DNA of 64,000 nt from Takakia lepidozioides (lineage: Eukaryota > Plantae > Bryophyta). The position numbers and the translations under genes are program-made. The stretch is taken from the NCBI GenBank assembly GCA_030704615.1, contig CM060732.1:59706001-59770000 (forward strand). The letters are read 5' to 3'. The notes under the pieces are model-generated. The model saw only the letters and a program-made list of their open reading frames with translations. It was not told the origin of the DNA and ran no database searches. Positions 1 through 14,400 of this stretch are shown here, piece by piece; the stretch's first letter is position 1, and the number at the start of each line of letters is the position of its first letter.

Positions 1-119
1 TTTTGGGATTGAGTGCCATGACGGGGATAGTAGATTGGACCCTAATATCACCACTTTTGTGATAACATGTGCAAGGAGGACTATTACGGCTGGATTGGAG
101 CCAATAAATGAATAACCGC

Positions 120-830
120 ATAGCCACCATCACCCAATTGTCACCCTGCCGTCGCGCGTCACACAACGGTTGCACGAACGGAAAATAGAAAACCAAAAGG
201 AAAAAACCAATACATATAGTCACCGTCACCGAGAGGTCGCCCGAACTATGAAAAAAACAATTAAATTTTTTTTTTATAAAAAAAAAACATTAACTATATC
301 GCCCCGGAGTCACCTCGCCGTCGCCGTCGCCCAAACCCCAAAATAAATAATAAATTAACTAAATTAAAAAAATAAAAAGTATGGCCATTGTTGCCCGATG
401 GTCTCTGCGATCGTATGAACAAAAACAAATTAACTAAATAACCAAAAACACATATGGCCACCGTTGCCCCGCGGTCGTCCAACCATTGTCATCGCCCAGC
501 GATACTCTGAATATATTGCTCCGAATATATTTAAAGAAACAAAAAAATTAAAATGTCATATTCGCCCCGACGGCCCGCCTTGCATTTGTTCGAACCAAAA
601 AATAAAATAAAAAATGACATATGGCCACCGTTGCCCCGCGTTTGTCCAACCGTTGCCATCCGAATATATTTAAAGAAACAAAAAAAAAAAAATGTCATAT
701 TCGTCCAACGGTCGCCCAGTATTTGTCCGGAAAAAAAAAAAAAAAAAAAAAAAAACACCCACTGTCGCCGGAGCCGGACTATCACCTAACAGGTCATTTG
801 CGAAAACCAAAGAAAACCCCAAAAAAAAAA
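120..830. repeat. Degenerate short-motif repeats (GGCCACCGTTGCCCCGCG / GTCGCCC / CCGAA) separated by poly-A tracts; probable subterminal region of a DNA transposon
   Basis: Recurrent motifs at ~382, ~456, ~623 and similar, interspersed with long A runs; ORFs here are poly-K/poly-F artefacts. Confidence 0.5.
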
Positions 831-1589
831 ATGTCATGTGTACATTACACGTAGGCCGCCACCTTGACAATGAGATAAGTTTGATCCCGTGAAAGTAAAA
901 TAGTAAAAAAATATTACTCCACGTAAATCAGTTTAGGACGTGACGCTGACGTGTTTGCACTACGTCACATCTACAACCTCCACCTCTGATACTGACCCTT
1001 GTTGCGAGGACTCGTAGGGCGAGATAGAATGGTGTACTTCATGTTCATATCAAACTGGTTATAATCATCCAAATTAACAACACGGCCAGTGTACGGCATC
1101 TTCCCACTTCCATCAATAGCCCCTAGTATTCCAGCTGTTTTGGATGTGCAATCCCACGGCTTGTCACATTTGTCATAGAAGAGCAACACAGTTGGTACTC
1201 CTCCAAAAGTCTTCACAATTTTTTTTTATTTTTTATTTTTTTTGTAATATTTTTTCATGTTGTTATGTTTGGGGCGCATCTGGTTCTTGGCAGTCTTGCC
1301 AGTCCGTTGATAGAACTCCTTCACAAAATCCTGTCAATGACTCTGTCTGAAATTCCTTTTTTTTGTATGCACGTACTTGTTAGCCAAATATCCAAAAAAT
1401 TATCCACCATGATATCGTTCCAAATCAGACTTGGAACTTTAGCAATTGTTGGAGATGTATTGGACGATGTCATTTTAAACATGCACAATCAAACCATGAA
1501 CATTTCATAGTGGCTCATCTACCTTAGTACCATTTTTATGCCTCACTTGCTACACTAGGTCTAAATTGCACAAAATAAACAAAACATAT

Positions 1590-3035
1590 AGTTTTTTTAG
1601 GGTGAATGAAGTGACATAGTGTCTCTTTGTACACTTAGACATATCTCAGTCACAACTAACTCAAATTCAGTGAGCAAGGATGCTACAGACTCATGAGACC
1701 ATGCCCCACATGTTGCACATTTGAACTACACAAAAAAACATGCTTTATATTTTTTTATGGTGACTAAAGTATCATTTTTACGTTTCGAGAGGCCTCTTTG
1801 CAAATTTGGGCATATCTCGGTCATAGTACACGAAAAGAAGCATGGTCCAATTTTTCTAGGGTGGCTGAACTTACATTTCTTGGTTTCGTAAAGCCTCATC
1901 GTTTCTTTAGGCATATCTTGGCAGAACTCACTCAAATTGAGTGAGTGATGTTGCTACATGCCCATCATAAGAGCATGCCCCACACTCTACAGATCTGAAC
2001 TGCAAGAAAAAATAAAAAATAAAAAAATAAAAATCATGATCTACTTTTCTTAGGGTGCAGGCTAAAGTGTCATTGTCTAGTTTTCGGAGGCCTCATTGGT
2101 TCTCTGGGCATAGCTCGGTCATAACTCACTCAAATTGAGCGAGTGATAATATTACATGCTCATGAGAGCATGCCCCACTCTCCAGATCTGAACTACACAA
2201 AACAGACCATGACCCAATTTTCTTATGGTGGCTAAAGTGTCATATTCTAGTTTTCGGAGGCCTCTTTGGTTCTTTGGGCATATCTTGGTCATCATTCACT
2301 CAAATGAGTGAGTGTGATGATGTCACATGTTCATGAGAGCATGCCCCACGCTCTGCAGATCGAATTACATAAAAAAAACCGTTATCAAATTTTCTTAGGA
2401 TAGCTTAAGTGTCATTTACTAGTTTTCGGATGCCTCATTGTTTCCTTAGGCATATTTCGGTCATAACTCAATCCAATTGAATGAGTGATGATGCCATATG
2501 CTCTGAGACCATGCCCCACACATTGAAGATCTGAGTTACAAAAAAAAACCATGATCCAATTTTTTGAAGGTGACTGAAGTGTCATTTTTCAGTTTCCAGA
2601 GGCCTCATTGCTTCTTTAGGCATATTTCGATCATAACTCATTCAAAATGAGTGAGTGATGATGCTATATACTCATGAGAGCATGCCCCAAACTCTGCAGA
2701 TCTGAACTACACAAATAAATTCATCATCCAAATTTTTGAACTGTCATTTCTTGATTTCGAGATACCTCCTTGTTTCCTTGGGCATTAACTCACTCAACTT
2801 GAGTGAGTGATGATACTGCATGCTCATGAGAGCATGCCCCACACTCTGTAGATATGAACTATATAATATAAACCATGGTCTGATTTCTTTTAGATGGTTG
2901 AAATGTGATTTTCTAGTTTTCGAAGCCCTTATTGCTTCTATAGATATATCTCAGTCATTACTCACTCAAATTGAGTAACTAATGCTAAATTCACATGAGA
3001 ACATGCTCCACACTTTGCAGATCTGAACTACAAAA
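1590..3035. repeat. Tandem array, ~170-bp unit, ~8 copies
   Basis: CATGCCCC anchor at ~1700, 1974, 2170, 2340, 2510, 2681, 2833, 3002; units carry ACTCACTCAAATTGAGTGAGT and CATGCTCATGAGAGCATG palindromes. Confidence 0.85.
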
Positions 3036-4669
3036 AAAAAACAACAATCATATTTTCTCGAGTCAAACAAGAACCGCAACAACAACTTATATTACCCATT
3101 ATCTTCAAGGACGTTGCACAAAAATGACTCTCTAGAGATTAAATATGTCAGCATCACATCGGAAGTCACGTCATGACTGCACGTATTAACATCATTTTGT
3201 GATAATATGCCGTCTCACCAGCGACTACATTGCAATTATCTATATTCATGTTCAATTACATGTAGTACTCAAGGTATATGTGACATCGACTCCCATTACA
3301 AGGATCTTGCCTATTTACTTTTTAGAGCTTCCAAACTCTAATTTCATACGCAAAATCTCTAACTTCAAGTCTTCTACACGAGCATTGTGTGTTCATGCAT
3401 GGCCAACTATTGTGATCAGATTATATAAGCTAGTTGGACGGTTTATGATCATGATGACGATCTGATATGGGGAGGAGGAATTACATATTCGAGAGGGGCT
3501 GAGTGATAATTTAGATGCATGGTGGTTTGAGAGAGGATGGCTGTAGCCGCCCTAGCTCATCCATCTTGTCAGTTTTTGTAGATAGGCTGATGGGTTGAAT
3601 TCATGCAGTAGAAAGTGCATTTATTTCATGGTGTTTACTAATTTTCCTACTATAGCGACTCCGTCATTTTTGCCAGCTTTCCCAAACTGTTCATATTATC
3701 TCGCTGATCCGAGTTACCATAATCCTCAGGTCGTTTTAGCATGAGTTCTATTCACACTTGGTTGGGGCTACTGGGCATAAGTGGATGTTTTTATATTTTT
3801 CACTTTAAAAAATCAACGAAATTACATACTAAGTTAAAAAAATCCTAAAACTTTCGCAATCCTCTCAGTTTTCATTTACTAATTGAATAACAGAAATAAA
3901 ATCAAAATCTGCCACTCTGAGCACCTAAACTGGGTCCATTATGGATCATCTACCTTAGCTTAGTACTCTGCAGGAGCAGCAAGAGCGTACAAGCGTTGCC
4001 GTGAAACCAGTTTTATATTCATCAATGTGGGCATTCGATCAAAGCTTGCTATTCAAACCGGACCCACCAGCAAATCGTAGGGCTAGCTGGGACTGATGTC
4101 AGGGCTACACAAGCCATACACGTTCGTGGAACGCAGCTCCCATAACGCGAGGCCTCGGCGCGCATCGTTGTCAGAGCGTCCCTAGACTGCCACCCCCGCG
4201 TCCGCGCAACCCAATTCTCCAACGCTAAGAGAACTACGTTATGCTGCCTAACGTACATTCCGAGAAGCTCGTACCATATTGTAGACCTCCATGCATTCTG
4301 TGTAATTTTTAATTATGTTTTTATCAGAATACTAAAAAGTCACCAAGTCACTTTTTGAAAAAAACCACCAACGCGTAGAGTACGTTCGTACGGAAGAAAG
4401 AAGAGATATCGACCTTGCAGCCAGCATGTGTGTTTGATTTAGTTTGCCTTCTCTTGGGACACGATGATGTTCATAGTGCTTGTATGAATCTAAGATGAAT
4501 GTATGGAACTTTGAAATGCGATCAACGACTAAACACATGGAGCAAAATGTTATGCAAACTGAGAAAGTCTTTGTATGAAAAATGCTACCTAAAAGCCTAT
4601 AATGCACATGAATTATGCTTTCTTTCAATCTTTCATGTGAAAAATATTGTTATGCCCCAACGATGATTC

Positions 4670-5545
4670 ATTAGCACCATCACTCATTCAGGTTGAGTGA
4701 GTTACACTATTACTTCAAGCTACATTTTTTCACATTATCCTTTTGAGAACATTAGACATGGTATATCATTAAAATTCCTTGCCTTCCATCATATTACATT
4801 TATGTAAAGGATTGTGTGAGGATGTCATTGCACCAACCCACACTCAAATTGAATGAGTTGGTCATTAGATATAGCCTCTAATGTGAAGATAACTTCGAAT
4901 TGCAACATAGGCATATAGAGGGATATCTTAGGTGTGTGGAACGGTCTCACACCATTTGTTCTAGCATCCTACAACATTATAAATTTATGAAGGCTTATGT
5001 AAAGATCCCATTGCACCAACCCTCACTCAAATTGAGTGAGTTGATCAATAGTTAGGGGCCTCTAATGTGAAGAAGGCTTTGAATTGCAACATAGGGTTTA
5101 GGGTTGACATCTCAGGTGAGTGGAATGGTACCACAACCATTTTTTTTTGTATCCCACCACACTACAAGAGTTTTAAGGCCTGTGTAAGGATGTCATTGCA
5201 CCAAACCTCACTCAAATTGAGTTAGTTGGCTATTAATTAGAGCCTATAATGTAAAGAGGTATTTGAATTGCAACATATGCAATGTAATGGGAATATATCT
5301 CATGTGTGTGGAATGTTATCACACCATTGTTTTTTTTGCATCCCATCGTATACGAGTTTGTTAAGGGTTATGTAAGCAAATTGAGTGAGTTGGTCATTAG
5401 ATATAGCCTCTAATGTGAAGAGGACTTCAAATTGCAACATAGGCATATAGAGGGGTATCTTAGGTGTGTGGAATGATATCACACATTGTTTTTGGCATCC
5501 TGGGACGTACGACATTATAAGTTTGTGAAGGCTTCTGTAAGGATC
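4670..5545. repeat. Tandem array, ~183-bp unit, ~4-5 copies
   Basis: CTCAAATTGA anchor at ~4844, 5027, 5211 and partially ~5380; repeated GCCTCTAATGTGAAG..GAATTGCAACATAGG block. Confidence 0.85.
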
Positions 5546-7633
5546 CCATTGCTACACAACTACATTATTATCCAATCCACACGTTACATATGCACACCAC
5601 ACACTAGTTTGCCACAACTCACGTATCGGCTATGACGTCGTAGTGCAGATTCCCCATACCTTTGGGGTGTGCTTGGCTTTACTTTTAATTTATGAGTGAT
5701 GGTATGTTTATGATTTCACTCGAGAAAAATGAGCATCACCGTGTCTGTCGTGAGGATAACTCCCCATGGCCCATTATTAACTTTGGGCCCAGGATTGACA
5801 CTAGGGTAAACTCAAGTGTCAATATATAACAACTAGTTATTTTCTAGCTAGCTACCTGTAACTAGATATTTTCATATCAACTAGTAAATTAGCTAGTATT
5901 AAAATCCACTTGACAAGGTATCTATTTTTTAACAAAAAATAATGATGAAGTGACAATACAAATTATGTCTGTTTACGACATGAGCCTTTATCTCTCTCTC
6001 AGGTGGATATTGCACAAACAGTTCTGCAATGTGTATTTATTTTATTTTATTTGGTGCCCGTTAGCTGATAAATAAATAAAATAAATAGTGCGTTCAAGCA
6101 CAACCTTTTGTATTGAAGAATGAATGAGTTGTGCACTCACGCACAATTGATTTTCATATCAAGCCGTTGACTAGCAAATGAGTTAATTTGAAAAAAATAA
6201 TAAACCTTGTATGTTATAAGCAATATTTCAAGATAAGCCCTAAAATCGTACAACCACTAAGTAAACAATTTTATTTCAATTGTGAACATATGTTCATAGA
6301 TATGAGAGCATGCTCACAAACTCATGACATGCGCTTATGATGTAATGTCATTGTCATGTTGTGTCTTGCATATAGGGGTTGTAGATCGAGAAACCAAAAA
6401 AGATAAAATAGATTATTCAAAGCATATGTAACTAAATGAGAAAACGAGGCTATTGGCTACCAATAATTTGTCTTACAATAATAAACTCTCCTCTTACATC
6501 TCCAAGATTCAAAGTTCAACATATGAGTTTTAATTTGGTTATTCCGATTTTATTTATACCTAAGTTGCACATATGGATGTGACGTGGCACTTGCACATCA
6601 ATGACATATCGTACGTGACTTGCTTACATGTCAGACGTCACGTCCAAATCCAACATTAACTTATGTATTTTATTTTATTTTTAACTTTACTAGCTTATTT
6701 TTATTCCAAGTGACGAGGTGGCAGCCCAGGTGGACTACACACACCTCGACTTAGTTTTATATTTATGGATTTAATAAATACAATATGACCGCCAAATATT
6801 GATGGTCACAGATAATTTTTAAAATTATAAATGTATGCGATCGCCAATTTTTGGGGGTCGCAGCTATTTATTTTTATCTTATTAGATGCGACCGCCAATA
6901 TTTGACAGTCGCACAAATTTTTGTTGTTTTTAATCTACTGCGACCGCTGAATTTTAGCAAAATTAGCAGCGACCGACATAATTCAACAGTCGTTTCTATT
7001 TTAAAAAAAAATCAGTAGCGCCCACCAGAATTTGGTGGTCGCAATTTCTGTTTTGTTTTTCTAAATGACTTCCTGAATTTTATTTATTTTTTGATGCGAC
7101 CCCATTCTGGCGGTCGCTTCTAAATTGTTTTTGAAAAGAATCAACCGACCGCCAAAATTCAGAGGTCGCACCTAATTTTAAAACAAAACAAAAGAAGCGA
7201 CCACCTGAATTCGGCGGTCGCTTAATGAAATATTGTTTATTAAAAATAAAATATGTTTTTAAAAATAAATTAAGGGAAATATCCTAGAGCGGCTGCTCAC
7301 AAATCAGGCCCCTTAATTGTGGTGAGAGGAGAAAAATAACCTCTATCATAGTAACCTCGCCATGAGGCGCCGAGCGCAAGTCTCTAGGGACACCACTAAA
7401 CTACCAGCTGATGGTAAAATAATATTTATTTTTAAATTTCTAATCAAAAGTTATTGTGACCACCAAAATTCGGCGGTCGCACCTATTTTATTTAAGCAAA
7501 TTTAAAAACCACCTCCAGAATTTGGTCATCGCAGTTTTTTAAAAATATATATATATATATTTTACAGAAATAGACAAATTGTTTTTCAATTTTTAATTAA
7601 AAAATATTATTGCACCGCTAAAATTCGACGGTC

Positions 7634-8183
7634 TGTGAGGCTAGATTCGGGGGCCGGGGATATATTCCCCTTGTTGGTGTGGTATTACCTGTATGAGGGT
7701 TGTAGCTCGACAGGACTGAGACACGCTAGACAAGACGGAATCTAATACAAGGGTTAACCTTTCTCATACACTTTCATCCAATCACTGCATAGGTACACCG
7801 TACAAGATCTGAGACAAAAAATCCCACGATCATGTTCTCCTGAGTGCTTTGATTTATATCGAACTTAAGCAAGTAATCCTATCCAGGCAAAACGGTTGCC
7901 TTCTATTGGTTAGCCAGATGCCACTCCAGCTAGATCACACAAGCCTACCACATCCTCTAATCTGATCCTAATCTAATTGTTAACTAAAGACAACATCAAC
8001 TTAATATAGCCAGTTGTACCAGCGTCTAATGCGTAACGGCGACTCCACCTATATCCAGCCAAGATTAACTAAGAGCCTCATTCGGTGTCATTTGTTAGCC
8101 TGGATGCGCATCACCATCCTGCTTCGTCCTCGATATCATTCATCCATGCCCAAAAGCAAGCAGGTAGGAATCCAGCCCTTACA
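7634..8183. mobile_element. 550-bp TG..CA element (solo-LTR-like) with 4-bp TSD GGTC
   Basis: Ends TGTGAGGCTAGATTC / GAATCCAGCCCTTACA (imperfect inverted repeat); GGTC at 7630-7633 and 8184-8187; homologous to 46276-47132. Confidence 0.8.
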
Positions 8184-8502
8184 GGTCCCAGTTTTTTTAT
8201 TAAGTTTTTTAATTTTCTAAGAAAAAAACCAGAATTTGAGTTATTAATTCAAAAAACTTACCGCAACTGCCAAATGTTGGCGGACGTACCGATTTTTCTT
8301 AAAAAAACCAAAGCGACCGCCAAACTTCAGCTGTCGTACCTATTTTTATTTTTTTAATTACCTGCGATCGTCAATTTTTGCACGTATTTATTGATTTTAA
8401 AATTTACATACGACGGTTGTTTTTTTTTTTTTTTTTTTTTTTTTTTTCAAGTTACATGCAATCGTCAATTTGTGGTAGTCGCACGTTTTTATTTATTTTC
8501 AA

Positions 8503-10120
8503 CCCTTAAACGCTCAACAGACCCGAAACGGGTCGCAGGGCCCACTTAAACCTAAACTCCGTTTTCAGATCTGCTTCAATTCGTCTGAAATTAGTGCCAT
8601 CAAGTGGCCCCTGTTGTGCACTACTAGGATTGGGCACTTGATTGCCCTAATTTTGAGTTAAAGCAAAGTTGTCTCGTCACGCAATCAAATGGGTCAGGAA
8701 TTGATGAATGTAATTCTGTCTTTTTCATGTGAAGATTGTTTCCCACATGTATGTGTGAGAGAGAGTTAGAATTAAAGGATCTCACCAGATTTGACCAAGT
8801 GGCAGCACTAGATGTGTTGGCCAAATTGGATGGTTTTTGGCTTGTTGGATGAGGGATCCCAAGATGATGAAGCCTGCCAAATCTAGCCTCAAATGGAGTA
8901 GATCCCGTCACTCAAATCTTTAAAAAAACTACTAAAAATGCTATGTTTCTTCAATGGGCCACAATATATTCAACGGTGCCGTTTTTTTGGATCTGGGGCT
9001 GAAGTCCTGCGCACATGACCAAAAAACGGGGCTGATCCGCTGGAAAAGTGGGCTGATCCGCCCCTGACATCGCTTCCCCGCGCTGATAGCGATATTCGCC
9101 CAGCACGATCGCTCAGCCATAAAGCTGATCCGCCGGATAAAAGCAGATGAAAGAAAACAACTTTTTAGATGAAAAACAAAGTTATTTATCATGTTAAAAT
9201 AAATGTTACCTTCATCTTTGCCGTGCAGACATCATACTCAACAACACGGAAGTGCACGAAGTACACCACAGGGAAGCGACCTGGATTCCCCAACTGTGGG
9301 ATGTTGTTTCCTGTCAATTGAGTGAGTGCACAATTTGTTACGCCCAAAAAACAGAGGTGGAGCTTCAACTACTTAGTTTTTCTTCACAATTTGACCTGCT
9401 TTGACATTTGGGGTTCTAGCATGTAGAGAATTTAGGCTACAAGGATGTGTGATGGCTTATTGGAAAGCTACCTGGATTCCCCAGCTGTGGCATGTTGTTT
9501 CATGCCAATTGAGTGAGAACACAAGTAGTTATGCCAAAAAAACAGAGGTGCAGCTTCAAGTTTTTTGTTTTTCTTCACAATTTGACCTACATTGACAATG
9601 AAGGTTGCACAATGTAGAGAATTTATGGGGTAAGTGTGTGCGATATGTTGTTGGAAAGTTGGCTTGATTCTCTAGGTGCAGCAGCCTCTCCATTTTTTGC
9701 AAGGAATCAAATTTATGATACCCTCATGTGGTATTTTTGCTACTAGGAGTACTGGCGCGTGTGCCGTCAAAAGGAGAGACGATTGAGTTGGCTATGGTGA
9801 TTTCTTGCCCGAGTTCACCCAATGGATGACTCATGGGATTTCATCCGCCCATGTGTGTGGTCACGACGGATATCCGCCCCAACATCTGATGGGTCCCACA
9901 GGGCTGATCCGCTGGCTGATCAGCCTTGGCCGCCCCCTCATGTGCGTAGCACTTGATTGCCCTGGAAATTGACAGATAGGTGCAGGAGGAAAATACGGAC
10001 ATAATGTGCAGTCAATGTTTTTTTAAAATAAAAGTTAATTTTATAAAAGTTCCACCAGTTTTTCACTGCATGGGGTCTTTTTTTTTGAAAAAGTCAAACT
10101 AGGGGCCTGGGCGTTTAGGG
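8503..10120. mobile_element. Non-autonomous TIR element with piggyBac-like ends
   Basis: 5' CCCTTAAACGC and 3' GCGTTTAGGG; flanks TCAA (8499-8502) and TTAA (10121-10124); internal ~190-bp triplicate (CCTGGATTCCC-like at ~9280, 9470, 9662); no transposase ORF. Confidence 0.6.
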
Positions 10121-11439
10121 TTAAATTGCATTTGACCGCCAATTTCTGTTGGTCGCACGTACTTATTATTTTTAAAATTACAGCCGACCGCCAATTTTTC
10201 GAGCAATCCTTGTTAATGTGCCACCGTGTCTGTCAGGGCACGATGTGGCTGCTAAAGTGACACTTTTTTATCCGTCCTATATTTTTACTAATATGTCACT
10301 ACAACTGACGTGACCAAGTTGCATTAGTGTCCCGTCTGACGCGATCTGACTAACACGACGTGTGCAACCCTATATATGCCTCAAATTCATATGAACATGA
10401 AGGGAACTAGACAATGGACAAACCGTGCCGATGTTAGCTCATTCTTTTAATAAATAAACTCGTTATCAAACATTTGTTCATGAATGGAATCTACATTATC
10501 TTAGTATTTTACTCAAACTATATTTGTAAAATATCTAATTCACAAAAACAAAGAGAAAAAAACACTCACACGATATTTTTCACTCAATTTCACCTATATA
10601 GTAGAAAAATATCATACGATCACAAGATTCAACCATCTAAAATGTCGTCAACGCTCACCTCAATAATTTTAAATAAATATTATAAAAACAAATTAGGAAT
10701 TTTTGGTATGAGAAACTTGTAGAAGGATATCAATCGTTTTGGATCTCCTTCTTCTCTAGAAGTTGTCTTAGCATTCACTCCTATTAAAAAGGTCTTTGGG
10801 CCAATGATTTTGATGGGTTGGATAGATTTCGAAAGCTTGGCATGGAACAAATTTTGAAAATTCTAGTGATGAAAGTTGAAGAGTAGTTCTAGTGTAGAGC
10901 AGGAATAGGGTCCTTGTGTGCCGTGTTACCATTATTTTATATCAAAACTGTCCGAGACTTTTTTTATAATTATAAATAATATAATAATAACATAATATTT
11001 TTAATTACGAAAACCGTGTAAGTACTCTAACGTCTTGTTTCTCTTTTTCTTAGTGTAAAGGTGGAAAGCGGTACCATGAGATTGTGGGAAGGTCTAAAAA
11101 TATAGTTTTCCAACAAATAATATGTAATAGTTGGGTTTGACATTAAGAGACTGCATCAACGTTGGCGTTTTGGGGGTTTTTTCCGCCTGGCAGTTAGACC
11201 CCAACAAGGCGGGCCAGGGCTTTAGGCGAGAGCAGCCCGACCATTCCGAATAACTATAGGGTTCTACATGATTACAAGGTGAGGAGCCCAAAGGCCACTC
11301 CAAATTCGGTTACCCGGGTTGTTTTTTACTAGGCCGGAAAACTTTCCAAGTCCGGGTTAGGCCAGGTGGTTTGTGTCATCTGCGGCGATAGCCTCGAGAT
11401 TTCGAAAGTTGGTGAAGAGAGGTGTAGGGACTATGTTCT

Positions 11440-14400
11440 GGATGATCCTGAAAAGGGTATCAATAAGTGGTGATCAAACAATCTGCTGAGCGATAAGCGG
11501 TAAGCGATGAGTAGCGTGACCCACGATGGTGGCCGCGACAGTGACGACTGCGCAGCGGCGCATATAGAGGTGTCGTACCAAGCCTGCAAACCATCGTCTT
11601 CAAATGGACTGCGGTGGGGCCCATCATCTGGAGTCAGCGATACACCACCAAATGGATGCTTCAACAGTGAAAGGAGGCAGCGACGGCACATGCCCAAGGC
11701 AACGGTGACGAAGTACAGTGGAGTCAAGCGGCAACACCCAGCGGAGAGTCGACATAGCAACGCCAACAACCTCATTAGAATATAACCAGCCTGGATAGGA
11801 AGACGCTTCAGCACACATACTAACAATAGTCTCTCCGTGCGATCCACTCTGCCCAGGTCATGTTCTCCTTCAGCAATAGCACCAGTGTCTACAGCCCCGC
11901 CTCAGCTAGTGGTATCACCCTCACCCAACCCCACCAACAGGATGCCCCAGTGGTGTGGCCAGCGGTTTGCCACAACACCAACCAGAACGCGTTTGTCTTC
12001 CTCAGCAACAGTACCATTTGCTTGAGATCAAACCGGGGTGCATAGTCCCAACACCGCTCTTCTTCCACTTTGCTTTTTTGGCTGCGCTCGGAGTCCCACA
12101 AAAGTCACTTCATTAATGGGTTCTCCACCTCGCTCAAGACAACGGGTCTATGCTCACCCTCCTTTTGTCCCTGGATCTACCATTTTGTCGTCTCCTCCAG
12201 CAGCTCCATCGCCTCCAACGGTTCCACCCCTTCCACAATCACCAGTTGTTCCTACTACATAACGTATTCATTGCTCGGCTTGCAGGCGTTTTTTGCTCGA
12301 ATCAGAGGTTTGGCTCGCCATCAACGCACTTGCACAGCTTTTCGGCAAGCTAATCATGAAGGTTATTCTGTGCTCGCTCCCCTTCGTGTTTTGCAGGCTC
12401 CCCCTCCATCCACAACATGGACGTGGCTATGTTTCATTTGGGATTACCCCGTCTCCGCCTCTACACACGCATCCCGATGGCCCGTCGTCAAAAGGTCCAA
12501 CATTGCTTTCGCATGTCTTTAGACAGACTGGCCCGGGATCCTGGTGACGTGTCGGAGTGGTACATTTTTTTGTTGTTTGCCAAGTGGTGCTTGGTCCTGC
12601 CACATAGAGAGACTCGCACCCGGCTCCTACGCTTTCTCGCCGGAGACAGAGAGAATCTTCAAGAAGAGCATTATCTCCGAGCACAAGCCCTGGCAGCACG
12701 TGCTCCTGCTGACACTTCCTCACAATCAGGCTCTTCTGCCCATAGACGGCTTCAGCACAGCCTCATGTTGGGACCGGTAGGCGATTATTCCCATGCAACT
12801 CGCGCTCTCTTACCATTTGCTCCCACCCTACCTTCTATGGACCCTATTGCCGCTCTACAGGCTCTCCATCCTGAGGTAGACAACATCCTTCCAGCTTTTG
12901 TTGATGACTTCGAGCAGGATCATGACCTTCAACTGGATCTCTTTCTGTTCACCAAGGCCTTTATTAGTTGTCCGCATCTTTCCGCACCAGGACCATCTGG
13001 TATGCTATACAAACATTTGCGCGACTATTTTTCTTCACAAGATTCTGTTAGTGGCTTCTCCCAACTATTTCAAGTCCGTTCCTACAACGCTGCTGGCTGC
13101 ATGCATTCTCTAGTGGCATGTCTTCTCGGAGCCTCCCGACTACTAGCCATGACCAAGCACCTTGGAAATGACATTCGTCCCATTGCCATCGGGGAAGTTT
13201 TGTCTCATCTTGTCAGCCATTCCATTGTCATGTAGTACCGTGATGCATTCTCTACCCATCTCTTCCCACATGAGTTTGGTATTGCCATTCCAAGTGGTCG
13301 TGAGGCTGTGGTACATGGGATTCAGGCTATTCTCGACCTTCATCCGGACTCGGTTGTGTTTCAAGTCGATGTAGCAAACGCCTTGATCAACTTCGTCTCC
13401 CGCAGCGCCATCTTCCAAGAACTTTCGCTCAGCTGGAGGAGATTTCCACCAACTCATCCATTTTGTCATACTGCTTTAATATGCTTCTGCCGCCCCCCTT
13501 TTCTAAAGTCACCGTTATCATACAGACAACTACACCGTCATCCAATCTGAGGTTGGCACCCGACAGGGCGACCCTTTCGAAGGACCTTTGTTTGCCATGC
13601 CACATCTGTGCACCTTCATGTCATCTGCAGCAGCATTCCCAACGTGCCAGTTCCCCTCAGTTGCTGACGACACTCACATCATTGGCCCAGCCTCCGATGT
13701 GCTCCTGGCATACAATCACTTCGCTGCTTAACTTCAGGATGTGGGGATATCGGTTGAACCTCACAAGTGTGTTGCATGGTCTCCAGCCGCCTTTCCCCAG
13801 ACTTTGTACCTCCTGTACACTTCATCACACCATCGGAAGGCATTCGCGTCTTGGGCGGCCGTCCCCTTCAGTACCACCTCTTTCACTTTCTCTTTCTTGG
13901 AGAATGCCCTTGATCAAGATGTCATTCATTCCGACCTCCTTCCTCGCCTCGGGGATCTACAAACGAAGTGCTTCATCTAGCGGCCATCCTATCTTCTCAA
14001 GAATTCCCCCCCTACTCCTAAGTTTTTGCGGTTTTTGTTAGGGTTTGATGAATATCTTTGGTCGTCTTCTGGGACCGGGGCTTTGAATGGATCCGAGGGG
14101 ACTTTAGCTCGCCAACAAGCTCCTTCCCATCTCCTTTGGAGGTGTAGGCTTCCTCTCCATAGTCAGCACTTCCCCCTCTCTGCCATCTTGGTTGGCAGCT
14201 GGGCGTTGATCGCCCCTCATTGCATCTCGCTTTTGTGCAGTCAACGACCCTTGCTCATGGACCCCATTGCTCACGTCGACACTAGTACCTTCCTTTTCCA
14301 ACAACATCTTCGCTTTGCACGAGATCTTTTTCTGGCACCAGCACGAGCGCATCTTCCTCCATTCGAGCAGTTGTTTGCCTAAGGCATCAATCACGTACAT

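Larger units (their letters stand above)
6780..10200. mobile_element. Tract of ~25-bp palindromic GCGACCGCC-n-GGCGGTCGC motifs in AT-rich spacers (CACTA/EnSpm-type subterminal repeats), interrupted by two nested insertions
   Basis: Motif copies at 6786-7630, 8260-8483 and 10135-10195 (e.g. GCGACCACCTGAATTCGGCGGTCGC at ~7197); CACTA termini not identified. Confidence 0.55.

Noticed and set aside
294-892. Several short ORFs
   Set aside because: Products of poly-A/T runs (poly-K/F) inside repeats
971-1510. Minus-strand ORF fragments, possibly Myb/SANT-like transposon protein
   Set aside because: Only a weak W..D..FL resemblance; cannot be supported
6780-7630. Palindromic ~25-bp repeats with variable spacers resembling a CRISPR array
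   Set aside because: Eukaryotic context, degenerate repeats, low-complexity A/T spacers and no cas genes; fits transposon subterminal repeats
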